DNA of 64,000 nucleotides from an uncultured Bacteroides sp. (GCF_945607605.1 NZ_CALYZE010000004.1), one strand, 5' to 3'. Shown: positions 25,044 through 35,592, counted from the stretch's first letter. A program made the numbers and translations. Notes: a model not told the origin generated them from the letters alone.

Positions 25044-26783
25044 ATGGCAGAAATGAAAAGCGAAGAAATAAGCGAAAAGAAGAGCTTGAACTTCATAGAG
25101 CAAATAGTAGTAAACGACTTGAAAGAAGGTAAAAATGATGGAAAAGTGCAAACCCGTTTTCCGCCGGAACCGAACGGTTACCTTCATATCGGACACGCAA
25201 AGGCCATCTGCCTTGACTTTGGCATTGCAGCCGCACACGGTGGTGTATGCAACCTGCGTTTCGATGACACCAACCCTACCAAAGAAGATGTAGAATATGT
25301 AGAAGCTATCAAAGAAGATATTAAATGGCTGGGCTATGAGTGGGGCAATGAGTACTATGCTTCCGACTATTTCCAACAACTTTGGGATTTTGCCGTCCGT
25401 CTAATTAAAGAAGGAAAAGCGTACATTGATGAGCAATCATCCGAACAGATTGCCGCTCAGAAAGGTACACCGACTCAAGCAGGGATAGAAAGCCCTTACC
25501 GCAACCGCCCCATGGAAGAAAGTCTTGCCCTGTTCCAACAGATGAACAGTGGTGAAATAGAAGAAGGCGCCATGGTGCTTCGCGCCAAAATAGATATGGC
25601 AAACCCCAACATGCACTTCCGCGATCCTATTATCTATCGGGTAGTAAAATATCCGCATCACCGCACAGGCACTACTTGGAAAGCCTATCCCATGTACGAT
25701 TTTGCTCACGGCGAAAGTGACTTCTTCGAAGGTGTAACACACTCTTTGTGTACGCTTGAATTTGTAGTTCACCGTCCGCTATATAATCTTTTTATTGATT
25801 GGCTGAAAGAAGGCAAAGACCTGAACGACCACCGTCCTCGTCAGTACGAGTTCAATAAGTTAAACCTCAGCTACACGTTGATGAGTAAACGTAACTTACT
25901 GACGCTGGTAAAAGAAGGACTTGTCAACGGTTGGGATGACCCTCGTATGCCGACTCTTTCTGGATTCCGTCGTCGTGGCTATTCACCTGAATCTATTCAT
26001 AAATTTATTGACAAAATAGGTTACACTACTTATGATGCACTGAATGAATTTGCGTTATTGGAAAGTGCTGTACGCGATGACTTAAATGGTCGTGCTACCC
26101 GTGTATCCGCTGTTTTAAATCCGGTAAAACTGATTATTACCAATTATCCGGAAGGTCAGGTAGAAGAGTTGGAAGCCATCAATAATCCGGAAAGACCGGA
26201 AGAAGGCAGCCACTTTATTGAATTCAGCCGTGAGTTATGGATGGAACGCGAAGACTTCATGGAGGATGCTCCGAAGAAATTCTTCCGCATGACTCCAGGA
26301 CAAGAAGTGCGTTTAAAAAGTGCATATATCGTAAAATGCACCGGCTGCAAGAAGAATGAAGCCGGCGAAGTGATAGAAGTGTATTGTGAATACGACCCCA
26401 ACACCAAGAGTGGTATGTCTGAGGCAAACCGCAAAGTAAAAGGTACACTCCATTGGGTAAGCTGCCATCATTGCATTGAAGCTGAGGTACGCCTCTACGA
26501 CCGGTTGTGGAAAGTAGAGAATCCTCGCGATGAACTTACTGCCATTCGTGAAGAAAAAAACTGTGACGTACTGACTGCCATGAAAGAGATCATTAACCCA
26601 GATTCTCTCCGAGTATTGCCTTGTTGCTACGTTGAAAAACATGCAGCTAACATGAAGCCTCTCTCTTACCTCCAGTTCCAACGTATTGGTTATTTCAATG
26701 TAGATCGTGACTCTACACCGGAAAAGATGGTATTCAACCGCACCGTAGGCTTGAAAGACAACTGGGGCAAAATCAACAAATGA
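25044..26783 (+). CDS. glnS: Glutamine--tRNA ligase
   Basis: 579 aa from ATG 25044. Class I HIGH motif (GYLHIGHAK) and KMSKS-type motif (LMSKR). Overall GlnRS-like sequence. Confidence 0.95.
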   Translation: MAEMKSEEISEKKSLNFIEQIVVNDLKEGKNDGKVQTRFPPEPNGYLHIGHAKAICLDFGIAAAHGGVCNLRFDDTNPTKEDVEYVEAIKEDIKWLGYEWGNEYYASDYFQQLWDFAVRLIKEGKAYIDEQSSEQIAAQKGTPTQAGIESPYRNRPMEESLALFQQMNSGEIEEGAMVLRAKIDMANPNMHFRDPIIYRVVKYPHHRTGTTWKAYPMYDFAHGESDFFEGVTHSLCTLEFVVHRPLYNLFIDWLKEGKDLNDHRPRQYEFNKLNLSYTLMSKRNLLTLVKEGLVNGWDDPRMPTLSGFRRRGYSPESIHKFIDKIGYTTYDALNEFALLESAVRDDLNGRATRVSAVLNPVKLIITNYPEGQVEELEAINNPERPEEGSHFIEFSRELWMEREDFMEDAPKKFFRMTPGQEVRLKSAYIVKCTGCKKNEAGEVIEVYCEYDPNTKSGMSEANRKVKGTLHWVSCHHCIEAEVRLYDRLWKVENPRDELTAIREEKNCDVLTAMKEIINPDSLRVLPCCYVEKHAANMKPLSYLQFQRIGYFNVDRDSTPEKMVFNRTVGLKDNWGKINK

Positions 26784-26796
26784 AAGTAATATAGGC

Positions 26797-28212
26797 ATGA
26801 CTAACAAAGGCTTCCTGTCTGGGAGAGACAAAGAGCTCCATGAAATGGCAGAACAATACGAGGCTACCAAAGCAGAAAACAAGCCCATTTATCTGGATGC
26901 AGACGACTTAGCAGACCTGTCAGATTGGTATGCAGTCCGCAGCAAATATAACTTAGCTGCGGAAGTGGCAGAATATGGTCTGAAGCTACATCCCGACAAT
27001 ACCGGCTTGCTGGTACAACAAGCCTATCTCTACATGGATACTCAGGATAAAGAAATGGCTTGGCATATAGCCAATAAAATCCATGAGGACTCTCCGGAGG
27101 TAAAAATCCTGAAAGCAAATCTTTTATTGGCAGAAGACAAAATAGAGGATGCAGAGGAATTGCTTGACACCATAGAAGATAAGGAAGACCTTGCAAATAT
27201 TGTTGAAGTAGCATACATGTATATCGACATGGGATATCCCGAAAAAGCATTAACATGGCTTTCACGCGGAGAAGAAAAATATGCTGAAGATGAAGCGTTC
27301 CTGGCGGTTACCGGGGATTGTTATCATGCCCGGAGATTGAATGAGGAAGCTGCCTCATGCTTCAATAAGTTAATAGACAAGAACCCCTACTCGGCTCCTT
27401 ATTGGTTCGGGTTGGCTCGTTGCTATTTTGACCAACAGATGTTCGACAAAGTTATTGAAGCTTGTGATTATGCCATTATAGCTGATGATGAGTTTGCTGA
27501 CGCCTACATCATGAAAGGGCACTCTTTCTACCAATTAGGCAACGAAGAAAGCGCCTTAGAATGTTATCAACAAGCTCAACAGTTCAATGCTATTTCACCC
27601 AGCTTCATAAATTCTTTCATTGGATTAAACAAAATTTTCAAAGAAGAATGGGAAGAAGGATTGAAATATTTAGAAGAGGCTATCATCAGCAAGAAAGACG
27701 AGGATGCGCTGACTCTACCTTCTCTTTATGCCAATGCCGCCCTCTGTCTTCACAAAATGGGTAAAAAACGCCAAGCTCATCAGTATTGCAAAAAGGCTCA
27801 CGCACTGAACCCTGAAGAAGCAGATCCGTATCTGATTGAGGGACGTATTTACATGGAGGAAAAGAATTATGAAAAAGGAGTGAAGCAATGGGCTAAAGCC
27901 TTGGAGCTTGCTCCGTATGCAGAAACCTGGCACGAAATAGGTATGTATAGCATGGAAATAGGGCAACTTAGTTACGCTAGACTTGCCTTTGAACGTGTCA
28001 AAAAGATGGAACCTGAATATCAAGGTATCAACGAAAAACTTGCCTCTTTATACATGTTGCTTAAAGATAAGGAAAACTTTTTAAAGTATAACCAGCTGTG
28101 TGAACAGCCTTTTGATCTGAATGAACTACAAAAACTACAACAGATATTAGAAGATGAAGACAAGGGAGACTTAGCTAAAGCTATGAAGACAATTTTTGAA
28201 TCATTAAAATAA
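26797..28212 (+). CDS. Tetratricopeptide-repeat protein
   Basis: 471 aa, with repeated A/Y/L-patterned 34-aa units throughout. Confidence 0.7.
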   Translation: MTNKGFLSGRDKELHEMAEQYEATKAENKPIYLDADDLADLSDWYAVRSKYNLAAEVAEYGLKLHPDNTGLLVQQAYLYMDTQDKEMAWHIANKIHEDSPEVKILKANLLLAEDKIEDAEELLDTIEDKEDLANIVEVAYMYIDMGYPEKALTWLSRGEEKYAEDEAFLAVTGDCYHARRLNEEAASCFNKLIDKNPYSAPYWFGLARCYFDQQMFDKVIEACDYAIIADDEFADAYIMKGHSFYQLGNEESALECYQQAQQFNAISPSFINSFIGLNKIFKEEWEEGLKYLEEAIISKKDEDALTLPSLYANAALCLHKMGKKRQAHQYCKKAHALNPEEADPYLIEGRIYMEEKNYEKGVKQWAKALELAPYAETWHEIGMYSMEIGQLSYARLAFERVKKMEPEYQGINEKLASLYMLLKDKENFLKYNQLCEQPFDLNELQKLQQILEDEDKGDLAKAMKTIFESLK

Positions 28213-28237
28213 CATTCTAAAAAACGACAAATAAAAA

Positions 28238-28879
28238 ATGGAATCATCTGCCGAACTCATTCAATGGGTATTAGAGAATCTGAACTACTGGGTAGTTACT
28301 TTATTCATGGCTATTGAAAGCTCCTTTATACCATTCCCTTCCGAAGTCATAGTACCACCTGCTGCGTGGAAATCCATGACCGACGAAAGTATGAATATTT
28401 TTCTAGTGGTTATTTTTGCTACGATTGGCGCCGATGTAGGTGCCTTGATCAATTACTTTTTGGCACGCTGGCTAGGGCGTCCTATCGTATATAAGTTTGC
28501 TAATAGCCGTTTCGGCCATATGTGTCTTATTGATGAAGAAAAGGTACACCATGCTGAAGAATATTTTAGAAAACACGGTGCTTCTTCCACCTTCTTCGGA
28601 CGCCTTATTCCTGCAGTACGTCAACTTATCAGCATTCCCGCAGGATTAGCCGGCATGAAATTGGGACCTTTCTTGTTTTATACAACCCTTGGTGCTGGAA
28701 TATGGAATGCAATTCTTGCTTTAATCGGTTATCTGATTTACAGACTTACGGATATCAAGACCACCCACGATGTTTATGTAATAGCTACCAAATACAGCCA
28801 TGAAATAGGTTATGCCATCATAGCCATCGCTGTATTGATCATTGGTTTTCTCATTTATAAAGGAATGAAGAAAAAATAA
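28238..28879 (+). CDS. DedA-family membrane protein
   Basis: 213 aa. Blocks IESSFIPFPSEVIVPPA and FFGRLIPAVRQLISIPAG. Confidence 0.85.
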   Translation: MESSAELIQWVLENLNYWVVTLFMAIESSFIPFPSEVIVPPAAWKSMTDESMNIFLVVIFATIGADVGALINYFLARWLGRPIVYKFANSRFGHMCLIDEEKVHHAEEYFRKHGASSTFFGRLIPAVRQLISIPAGLAGMKLGPFLFYTTLGAGIWNAILALIGYLIYRLTDIKTTHDVYVIATKYSHEIGYAIIAIAVLIIGFLIYKGMKKK

Positions 28880-28904
28880 AAGAGCCTTGCATTTTTATTT
28901 TATA

Positions 28905-28949
28905 AGAAAAGCGGTGAACAAGATTATCTCTCTTGCCCACCGCTTTTCT
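28905..28949. terminator. Bidirectional terminator between the dedA-like gene and tpx
   Basis: 12-bp stem agaaaagcggtg/caccgcttttct, with T-rich flanks on both strands. Confidence 0.6.
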
Positions 28950-28974
28950 TATTCAATGCTTATCTAAATCCAAC

Positions 28975-29478
28975 TTATTTCTTTAATGCTGCAATAGCTT
29001 TATCATAATCAGGCTCCTGAGTAATTTCAGGAACAAGTTCTGTATACGAAACTTTACCATCTTTAGCTATCACTACTACGGCACGTGCCAACAGACCTGC
29101 AAGTGGACCATCTGCCATCAGTACTCCATAGTCCTTATCAAAATCAGAAACACGGAAGTCAGACAATGGAATTACATTTTCAATGCCTTCAGTGGTACAG
29201 AAACGTGCATGGGCAAAAGGTAAATCTTTTGAAACAGCCAATACTACCGTATCAGGCAAAGCAGCTGCCAATTTATTGAATTTACGTACTGAAGTAGCGC
29301 ACACACCGGTATCCAAGCTAGGGAAAATGTTTAATATCACATTCTTTCCACCCAAATCCTTCAAAGAAAGCGAGGATAAATCTGTTTTCACTAAGTTTAA
29401 ATTAGGAGCAACTGAGCCCACTTTTATAAATTCACCGGTAATTTTAACCGGCTGACCTTTAAAATTTGTTGTAGTCAT
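28975..29478 (-). CDS. tpx: Thiol peroxidase
   Basis: 167 aa. Peroxidatic Cys in PSLDTGVCATS and resolving Cys in ARFCTTEG. Confidence 0.9.
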   Translation of the reverse strand: MTTTNFKGQPVKITGEFIKVGSVAPNLNLVKTDLSSLSLKDLGGKNVILNIFPSLDTGVCATSVRKFNKLAAALPDTVVLAVSKDLPFAHARFCTTEGIENVIPLSDFRVSDFDKDYGVLMADGPLAGLLARAVVVIAKDGKVSYTELVPEITQEPDYDKAIAALKK

Positions 29479-29680
29479 AGTTTTATCAATTTTAAATATA
29501 TAGGGATAACAAATCAGACATTAGAAAAGTTCAACAAGATTTTGAAGCCAGCATTAAAGAATAGCCATAAACTGGCAATATGAGTTTAGTATCCTTGAAT
29601 TAAGAAGATTTACCTACTCCCAAGTGAAAATTTAGTGAATCTTCTTCCATATACAACCCATGTTTCTCTATTTTTTCGTT

Positions 29681-29688
29681 TATCTTTG
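29681..29688 (+). promoter_or_regulatory. -7 box (TATCTTTG) upstream of the DUF4494-like gene
   Basis: Exact consensus about 130 nt upstream of the start. Confidence 0.45.
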
Positions 29689-29818
29689 TGCTACTTTTGG
29701 AGGACTTGAGAATTTAAGAAGAAGAAACTCCCCAGTAAACCTCTAAATAGCGAAAGAATCTTTCTTAAGATAAGGAAGATAAAACAACAGATAACTATTA
29801 ACTAAAAAATTAGAGTTT

Positions 29819-30283
29819 ATGGCAATGCATACATGGTTTGAGTGCAAAATCCGTTATGAAAAAACAATGGAAAACGGAATGACCAAGAAAGTTACGGAAC
29901 CTTATCTCGTAGATGCACTCAGCTTTACTGAAGCAGAAGCACGTATTATTGAGGAAATAACTCCTTTCATTTCAGGAGAATTCACCGTATCCGACATTAA
30001 ACGCGCTAATTATAGCGAATTATTTCCCTATGAAGAAGATGCTGCCGACCGTTGGTTTAAATGTAAGTTAGTATTCATTACGCTTGACGAAAAAAGTGGG
30101 GCTGAAAAGAAAACATCTACTCAAGTATTGGTACAGGCTGCCGATTTGAGAGATGCAGTAAAGAAGTTGGATGAAGGCATGAAGGGAACTATGGCCGATT
30201 ATCAAATTGCTTCGGTAGCAGAAACTGCTATTATGGACGTATATCCGTATAGTGCAGAACCGGATGAAAAACCAGAAGTTTAA
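29819..30283 (+). CDS. DUF4494-like conserved protein
   Basis: 154 aa. HTWFECKIRYEKTMENG... matches my recollection of the Bacteroidetes DUF4494 family. Confidence 0.6.
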   Translation: MAMHTWFECKIRYEKTMENGMTKKVTEPYLVDALSFTEAEARIIEEITPFISGEFTVSDIKRANYSELFPYEEDAADRWFKCKLVFITLDEKSGAEKKTSTQVLVQAADLRDAVKKLDEGMKGTMADYQIASVAETAIMDVYPYSAEPDEKPEV

Positions 30284-30363
30284 ATTAATTAGGATGATGA
30301 ATAGCTATGCAGCAGCTATAGCGTAATATCATTCAGAATTTATCATTCATTATCCCAAACAAC

Positions 30364-31029
30364 ATGATTGCAGAAAACATTAAACAAGTGCTAAGTGAAC
30401 TACCTGAAGAGGTACGATTGGTAGCTGTTTCCAAATTCCACCCTAATGAGGCGATAGAAGAAGCCTATCGTGCCGGGCAACGCGTGTTTGGAGAGAGTAA
30501 AGTGCAGGAAATGACTGCCAAGTATGAAACTCTTCCTAAAGACATAGAATGGCATTTCATTGGGCATCTGCAAAGCAATAAAATAAAATACATCGCTCCT
30601 TATGTAGCACTAATTCATGGCATTGATTCTTATAAACTACTTACTGAGGTGAACAAACAGGCAGTAAAAATAAACAAAACCGTGAATTGTCTGCTGCAAC
30701 TGCACATTGCGCGTGAAGAGACTAAGTTTGGATTCAGCATGGATGAATGCCGTGAAATGCTAGCATCCAACGAATGGAAAGAGCTTAAGAATGTTCGGAT
30801 TTGCGGGCTGATGGGGATGGCAACGAACACAGATAATATTGAACAAATCAAAACTGAATTTTGTTCTTTAAATAAATTCTTCCAGGAAGTAAAGTCAACA
30901 TGGTTTGCCCATGACGAGTCATTCCGGGAACTATCTATGGGAATGTCGCACGACTATCACGAAGCTGTTGCTTTTGGAAGTACTCTAATACGTGTAGGAA
31001 GCAAAATTTTTGGAGAAAGAAGCTATTAA
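30364..31029 (+). CDS. yggS: YggS-family pyridoxal-phosphate homeostasis protein
   Basis: 221 aa. PLP Lys in LVAVSKFHP. Motif WHFIGHLQSNK. Confidence 0.9.
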   Translation: MIAENIKQVLSELPEEVRLVAVSKFHPNEAIEEAYRAGQRVFGESKVQEMTAKYETLPKDIEWHFIGHLQSNKIKYIAPYVALIHGIDSYKLLTEVNKQAVKINKTVNCLLQLHIAREETKFGFSMDECREMLASNEWKELKNVRICGLMGMATNTDNIEQIKTEFCSLNKFFQEVKSTWFAHDESFRELSMGMSHDYHEAVAFGSTLIRVGSKIFGERSY

Positions 31030-31055
31030 TCATTAATCACATAAATATCATTACT

Positions 31056-32033
31056 ATGGCAATATTAGAAACAACTTATGCGGGGTTGAAATTAAAGAAC
31101 CCTATTATTATCAGTAGCTCCGGGCTCACAGACAGTGTAGCTAAAAACCAAAAATTAGCTGAAGCCGGCGCAGGAGCCATCGTCCTCAAATCTCTTTTTG
31201 AGGAACAAATCATGATGGAGGCTGATTGGATGGGCGACCCCAACATGTATCCGGAAGGCAGCGATTACCTTGTAGGCTACATCCGCGAACATAAATTGGG
31301 TGAATATCTGAATCTCATTAAAGAAAGTAAGAAAGTTTGCGAAATTCCTATTATTGCCAGTATAAATTGTTATCAAGATGCAGATTGGATTGATTTTGCA
31401 AAGCAGATCGAAGAAGCAGGTGCCGATGCATTAGAAGTGAACATTCTTGCTTTGCAAACAGAAGTACACTACGCTTATGGTTCTTTTGAGCAACGCCACA
31501 TTGATATATTGAGACATATCAAAAAAACCATTAAGATTCCTGTAATCATGAAGTTGGGTGATAATTTGACTAACCCTATTGCGCTTATCGACCAATTATA
31601 CGCTAACGGAGCAGCCGCTGTTGTTCTGTTCAATCGTTTTTATCAACCGGACATCAATATTGAGAAATTAACTCAAGTATCAGGAAATGTATTCAGTAAT
31701 GAAGCTGATTTAGCAAAAACTTTGCGTTGGATTGGGATAGCTTCTGCCTCTGTCCGCAACCTGGATTACGCCGCCTCAGGAGGTATTCATTCACCGGAAG
31801 GTGTTGTCAAAGCCATATTAGCAGGTGCCTCTGCAGTCGAGATATGTAGTGTGATTTATCAAAATTCTTATTCGGTTATTCCTGAGTATACCCGTTTCCT
31901 TAATCTGTGGATGGAGCGTAAGGGAATGAGAAGTATTAGCCAGTTCAAAGGTATCTTGAACGTGAGCGATCCTAAGGGAGTCAATACATTCGAACGTACA
32001 CAGTTCCTGAGATATTTCTCTTCACGCGAATAA
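31056..32033 (+). CDS. Dihydroorotate dehydrogenase-like (class 1 DHOD fold) protein
   Basis: 325-aa TIM-barrel flavoenzyme pattern (LKNPIIISSSG..., GADALEVNI, GGIHSPEGVVKAILAGASAV). Confidence 0.75.
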   Translation: MAILETTYAGLKLKNPIIISSSGLTDSVAKNQKLAEAGAGAIVLKSLFEEQIMMEADWMGDPNMYPEGSDYLVGYIREHKLGEYLNLIKESKKVCEIPIIASINCYQDADWIDFAKQIEEAGADALEVNILALQTEVHYAYGSFEQRHIDILRHIKKTIKIPVIMKLGDNLTNPIALIDQLYANGAAAVVLFNRFYQPDINIEKLTQVSGNVFSNEADLAKTLRWIGIASASVRNLDYAASGGIHSPEGVVKAILAGASAVEICSVIYQNSYSVIPEYTRFLNLWMERKGMRSISQFKGILNVSDPKGVNTFERTQFLRYFSSRE

Positions 32034-32039
32034 TACAAG

Positions 32040-32076
32040 AGAGAAGGGTGTGTTTGATTTTAACACACCCTTCTCT
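32040..32076 (+). terminator. Rho-independent terminator
   Basis: Perfect 13-bp stem agagaagggtgtg/cacacccttctct followed by a T-rich tail. Confidence 0.7.
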
Positions 32077-32270
32077 TATTATTAGTAAGAAATAACTTAT
32101 TGAATACAAGAAGAAAACTTATTCTCTGTTAGGAGAGATCTCTGTTCCAAGGCTGGGAATACATATCCGCAACCTTGGAATACGCATTCCCAACCTTGGA
32201 ACAAGCGTTCGTAAGCTATGAATACACTTTCCATTGAACTTATCTTGAAGTTGAAGAATGGCTAGTCAGC

Positions 32271-33596
32271 CTACATCAAATCGCTTGCCAATTCGCTTAA
32301 TAAGCTACGTTCTCCTTTAACCAGATTAACATGAGCAAAAATAGTTTGATCTTTCATGCGGTCAATCATATAGACAAGACCATTGGATTGACTATCCAGA
32401 TAAGGCTGATCAATTTGTTGGATATCACCGGTAAACACGATCTTTGTACCTTCACCGGCACGGGTAATAATGGTTTTTATTTCATGTGGAGTCAAATTTT
32501 GAGCTTCATCAATAATACAATAAGTTTCACTCAAACTCCGTCCACGAATAAATGCTAAAGCTTCAATAACTAATTGTTCGCTTTTCTGCATATCTTCAAG
32601 GCGTTTTACCTCACTGGAACTGGAAGAGAACTGATGTTTGATCACATTCAGATTATCGAACAAAGGTTGCATGTAAGGTGCTACTTTTTCCTTTGCATCA
32701 CCGGGTAGAAAACCCAAATCTTTATTAGACAAAGCTACAATAGGACGTGCTAAAAGAATTTGTTTATAGTCCGATAGTTTGCCAAGAGCAGCAGCCAAAG
32801 CAAGTAAAGTTTTACCTGTCCCTGCCTTACCAGTCAAAGCAACTAATTTAATATTAGGATCATTCAGTACCTCAAAAGCAAAACTTTGCTCAGCATTGCG
32901 TGGCTCAATCCCATAATTTTTAGTTTTATTTACCCGGCAAACCGTACGAGTGAAAGGGTTATAACGTGCAAGTACACTGCTACGATCGCTCTTCAGAACA
33001 AAGCATTCATTGGGATGGATAATATCTTTAAAATCAAATTCATTAATATCCAAACCTTCTTTAGAAGAGTAAATTTGATCTATCAAAGAAGGATTAATCC
33101 CTTCAAATACTTCACTTGATTTTTCGAATATATCGACATTTACTACCTTATCATTGATGTAGTCCTCGCATAACACCCCAATAGAACGGGCTTTCATGCG
33201 CAGATTCACGTCTTTCGTAACAAGAATAGATTTCATTTTCGGTTTCTTTTCAGCAAGCCAAGCTGCTACAGCCAGTATCTGGTGGTCAGGAATGCGCCCT
33301 GGAAAAGAATCTTGCACCCGAGGAGAATCTATCCTGCCGGCTACAATAAACAGACTCCCCAATCCTTCACCCAATGGTGCCCCTTTAGTGAAAAGATCAT
33401 CATCTGTAATCAAGTCTAATTCACGTACGAACTCACGTGCATTAAAATTAATCTGTTCGTTACCTTTTTTAAATTTGTCCAACTCTTCAAGGACTACAAT
33501 GGGAAGATAAATATCATTCTCTTGAAAATTCTTCAAACAATTATAATCGTGAAGAATTACATTCGTATCAATTACAAAGTTTTTCTTAGCTCCCAT
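32271..33596 (-). CDS. PIN-domain + PhoH-like ATPase (PhoH2/YlaK type)
   Basis: 441 aa. N-terminal PIN (FVIDTNVILHD) and Walker A (LTGKAGTGKT). PhoH blocks IIDEAQNLTPHE and VFTGDIQQID. Confidence 0.85.
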   Translation of the reverse strand: MGAKKNFVIDTNVILHDYNCLKNFQENDIYLPIVVLEELDKFKKGNEQINFNAREFVRELDLITDDDLFTKGAPLGEGLGSLFIVAGRIDSPRVQDSFPGRIPDHQILAVAAWLAEKKPKMKSILVTKDVNLRMKARSIGVLCEDYINDKVVNVDIFEKSSEVFEGINPSLIDQIYSSKEGLDINEFDFKDIIHPNECFVLKSDRSSVLARYNPFTRTVCRVNKTKNYGIEPRNAEQSFAFEVLNDPNIKLVALTGKAGTGKTLLALAAALGKLSDYKQILLARPIVALSNKDLGFLPGDAKEKVAPYMQPLFDNLNVIKHQFSSSSSEVKRLEDMQKSEQLVIEALAFIRGRSLSETYCIIDEAQNLTPHEIKTIITRAGEGTKIVFTGDIQQIDQPYLDSQSNGLVYMIDRMKDQTIFAHVNLVKGERSLLSELASDLM

Positions 33597-33694
33597 ACTT
33601 CATTCATTTAAATAGTTTATACCTTTAGATAAAATTGACTGTACCTCGGCTACAAAAATAAGCAAGCATCTTTTGGTTTGCTTTTGGTTTGCGC

Positions 33695-33702
33695 TATCTT
33701 TG
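33695..33702 (+). promoter_or_regulatory. -7 box (TATCTTTG) for folC
   Basis: Exact consensus about 66 nt upstream of the ATG at 33768. Confidence 0.45.
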
Positions 33703-33767
33703 TTCTCTCTAAAGATAAACAAATAATTATGCCAAAAGGATTTTACCCTTGTTAAATTTTACAAACG

Positions 33768-35021
33768 ATGGATTATCAGAGCACTTTAACATACTTATAT
33801 AACAGCGTTCCCATGTTCCAGCAAGTGGGTAGTTCAGCTTACAAAGAGGGACTGGAAAACACATTCATTTTAGACGAACACTTCGATCATCCCCACCGTA
33901 GATTCCGAAGCATACATGTAGCAGGCACAAACGGAAAAGGTTCCTGTTCCCATACCCTTGCTGCTATTTTGCAAGAAGCAGGTTATCGGGTGGGACTATA
34001 TACATCTCCGCACTTAATCGATTTCCGTGAACGAATCCGTATCAATGGACAACCTATACCCGAGGAATATGTCATCCGTTTTGTGAAACAAGAACGTTTG
34101 TTTTTCGAGTCTCTACATCCTTCTTTTTTTGAGTTAACCACTGCCATGGCTTTTCGCTATTTTGCCGATGAGAAGGTGGATGTAGCTGTCATTGAAGTCG
34201 GTCTTGGAGGGCGTTTAGATTGCACGAATATCATTCATCCGGATTTGTGCCTTATTACCAACATAAGCTTTGACCATACCCAATTCCTAGGAGATACATT
34301 GGCTAAAATTGCTGGAGAGAAGGCCGGTATCATCAAAAAAGGAATTCCGGTCGTTATCGGAGAAACCACTCCTGAAACCAAGTCTGTGTTTTTGAAAAAA
34401 GCTCATGACGTAGAAGCTCCCATTTATTTCGCTGAAGAAAATGATCGTGAGGATTATTCCGGCGTTGAATGTGAACTGAAAGGTCTTTATCAAGCCAAAA
34501 ACACCCGAGCCATTCTCACGACTCTTCCACTCTTGCAAGAAGCCGGTTTTCATCTGGATGAGCAGTCTGTGCGTAACGGTTTTGCCCACGTCACCGCCCT
34601 TACAGGACTGATGGGACGCTGGCAGAAATTACAAGATGCTCCTACCCTCATTTGCGATACCGGACATAATGTAGGCGGTATCTCTTACATTGTAGAGCAA
34701 CTCAGGCAACAGTCATATCATCAGTTGCATATAGTTATTGGCATGGTTAATGATAAAGATATCCAAGGAGTGTTGGCTTTATTACCTAAAGAAGCTACTT
34801 ACTATTTCACTAAAGCCAGTGTCCAACGTGCATTACCGGAAGAGGATTTGAAGAAACTTGCTTCCATTGCCGGATTAAAAGGCTCCTGCTACCCCGATGT
34901 TCCTACCGCCGTACGGGCCGCGCAACAAAAAAGCCTCCCGGAAGATTTCATCTTCGTAGGAGGCAGTAGTTTTATTGTTGCAGATTTGTTAGCGAACCGC
35001 AATGCACTCAATCTCCACTAA
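33768..35021 (+). CDS. folC: Bifunctional folylpolyglutamate synthase / dihydrofolate synthase
   Basis: 417 aa. Mur-ligase P-loop HVAGTNGKGS. FolC-like overall. Confidence 0.9.
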   Translation: MDYQSTLTYLYNSVPMFQQVGSSAYKEGLENTFILDEHFDHPHRRFRSIHVAGTNGKGSCSHTLAAILQEAGYRVGLYTSPHLIDFRERIRINGQPIPEEYVIRFVKQERLFFESLHPSFFELTTAMAFRYFADEKVDVAVIEVGLGGRLDCTNIIHPDLCLITNISFDHTQFLGDTLAKIAGEKAGIIKKGIPVVIGETTPETKSVFLKKAHDVEAPIYFAEENDREDYSGVECELKGLYQAKNTRAILTTLPLLQEAGFHLDEQSVRNGFAHVTALTGLMGRWQKLQDAPTLICDTGHNVGGISYIVEQLRQQSYHQLHIVIGMVNDKDIQGVLALLPKEATYYFTKASVQRALPEEDLKKLASIAGLKGSCYPDVPTAVRAAQQKSLPEDFIFVGGSSFIVADLLANRNALNLH

Positions 35022-35363
35022 GGCATCTTTGGGCAAAGCTTTCACGGCAACAGCCGAACGTGCCGGGAAAGCACCATCAAAATAAGTAGTATACACTTTG
35101 TTCATATCGGCGAACAGTGACATATCTGCCAGAAAAACAGTCGTTTTTACTACATTGGCCATGCTCAATCCTGCTTCTTCCAAGATATGTTTAATATTCT
35201 CCAATGACTGACGAGCTTGTGTTTCGGCATCTCCTGCCATCATTCCTGTGGCAGCATCAATCGGTAACTGACCTGAAACAAACACTATCCCATTGGCTTC
35301 GATAGCCTGACTATAAGGACCAATAGCACCCGGTGCCTTTGGACTAGAAATTACTTTTTTCAT
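34989..35363 (-). CDS. ridA: RidA (YjgF) family reactive-intermediate deaminase
   Basis: 124 aa. APGAIGPYSQAI...VFVSGQLP...PARSAVAVKALPKDALVEIECIAV. Confidence 0.9.
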   Translation of the reverse strand: MKKVISSPKAPGAIGPYSQAIEANGIVFVSGQLPIDAATGMMAGDAETQARQSLENIKHILEEAGLSMANVVKTTVFLADMSLFADMNKVYTTYFDGAFPARSAVAVKALPKDALVEIECIAVR

Positions 35364-35551
35364 TGAATCCTAAATTTATTAAATTAATAATCAGCTTTTT
35401 ACTTTATCCTTTACAAAAAACTTTCAAGTGAGATGCAGTATTTCTACTTATCACGCATTTACTGTATAAATACTTAATAGATAATTAATTCACTCAAAAA
35501 ACTATTCATACCTAGACTTAACTTTAATTTTAACAAGGGAAAAAGTCCCTA

Positions 35552-35592
35552 AGTAAAGGCTCTGCTTGGGAAAACAGAGCCTTTACTTTTTC
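35552..35592. terminator. Hairpin terminator adjacent to the stop of the 566-aa gene
   Basis: 13-bp stem agtaaaggctctg/cagagcctttact. The T-run is on the plus side, so orientation is ambiguous. Confidence 0.45.
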
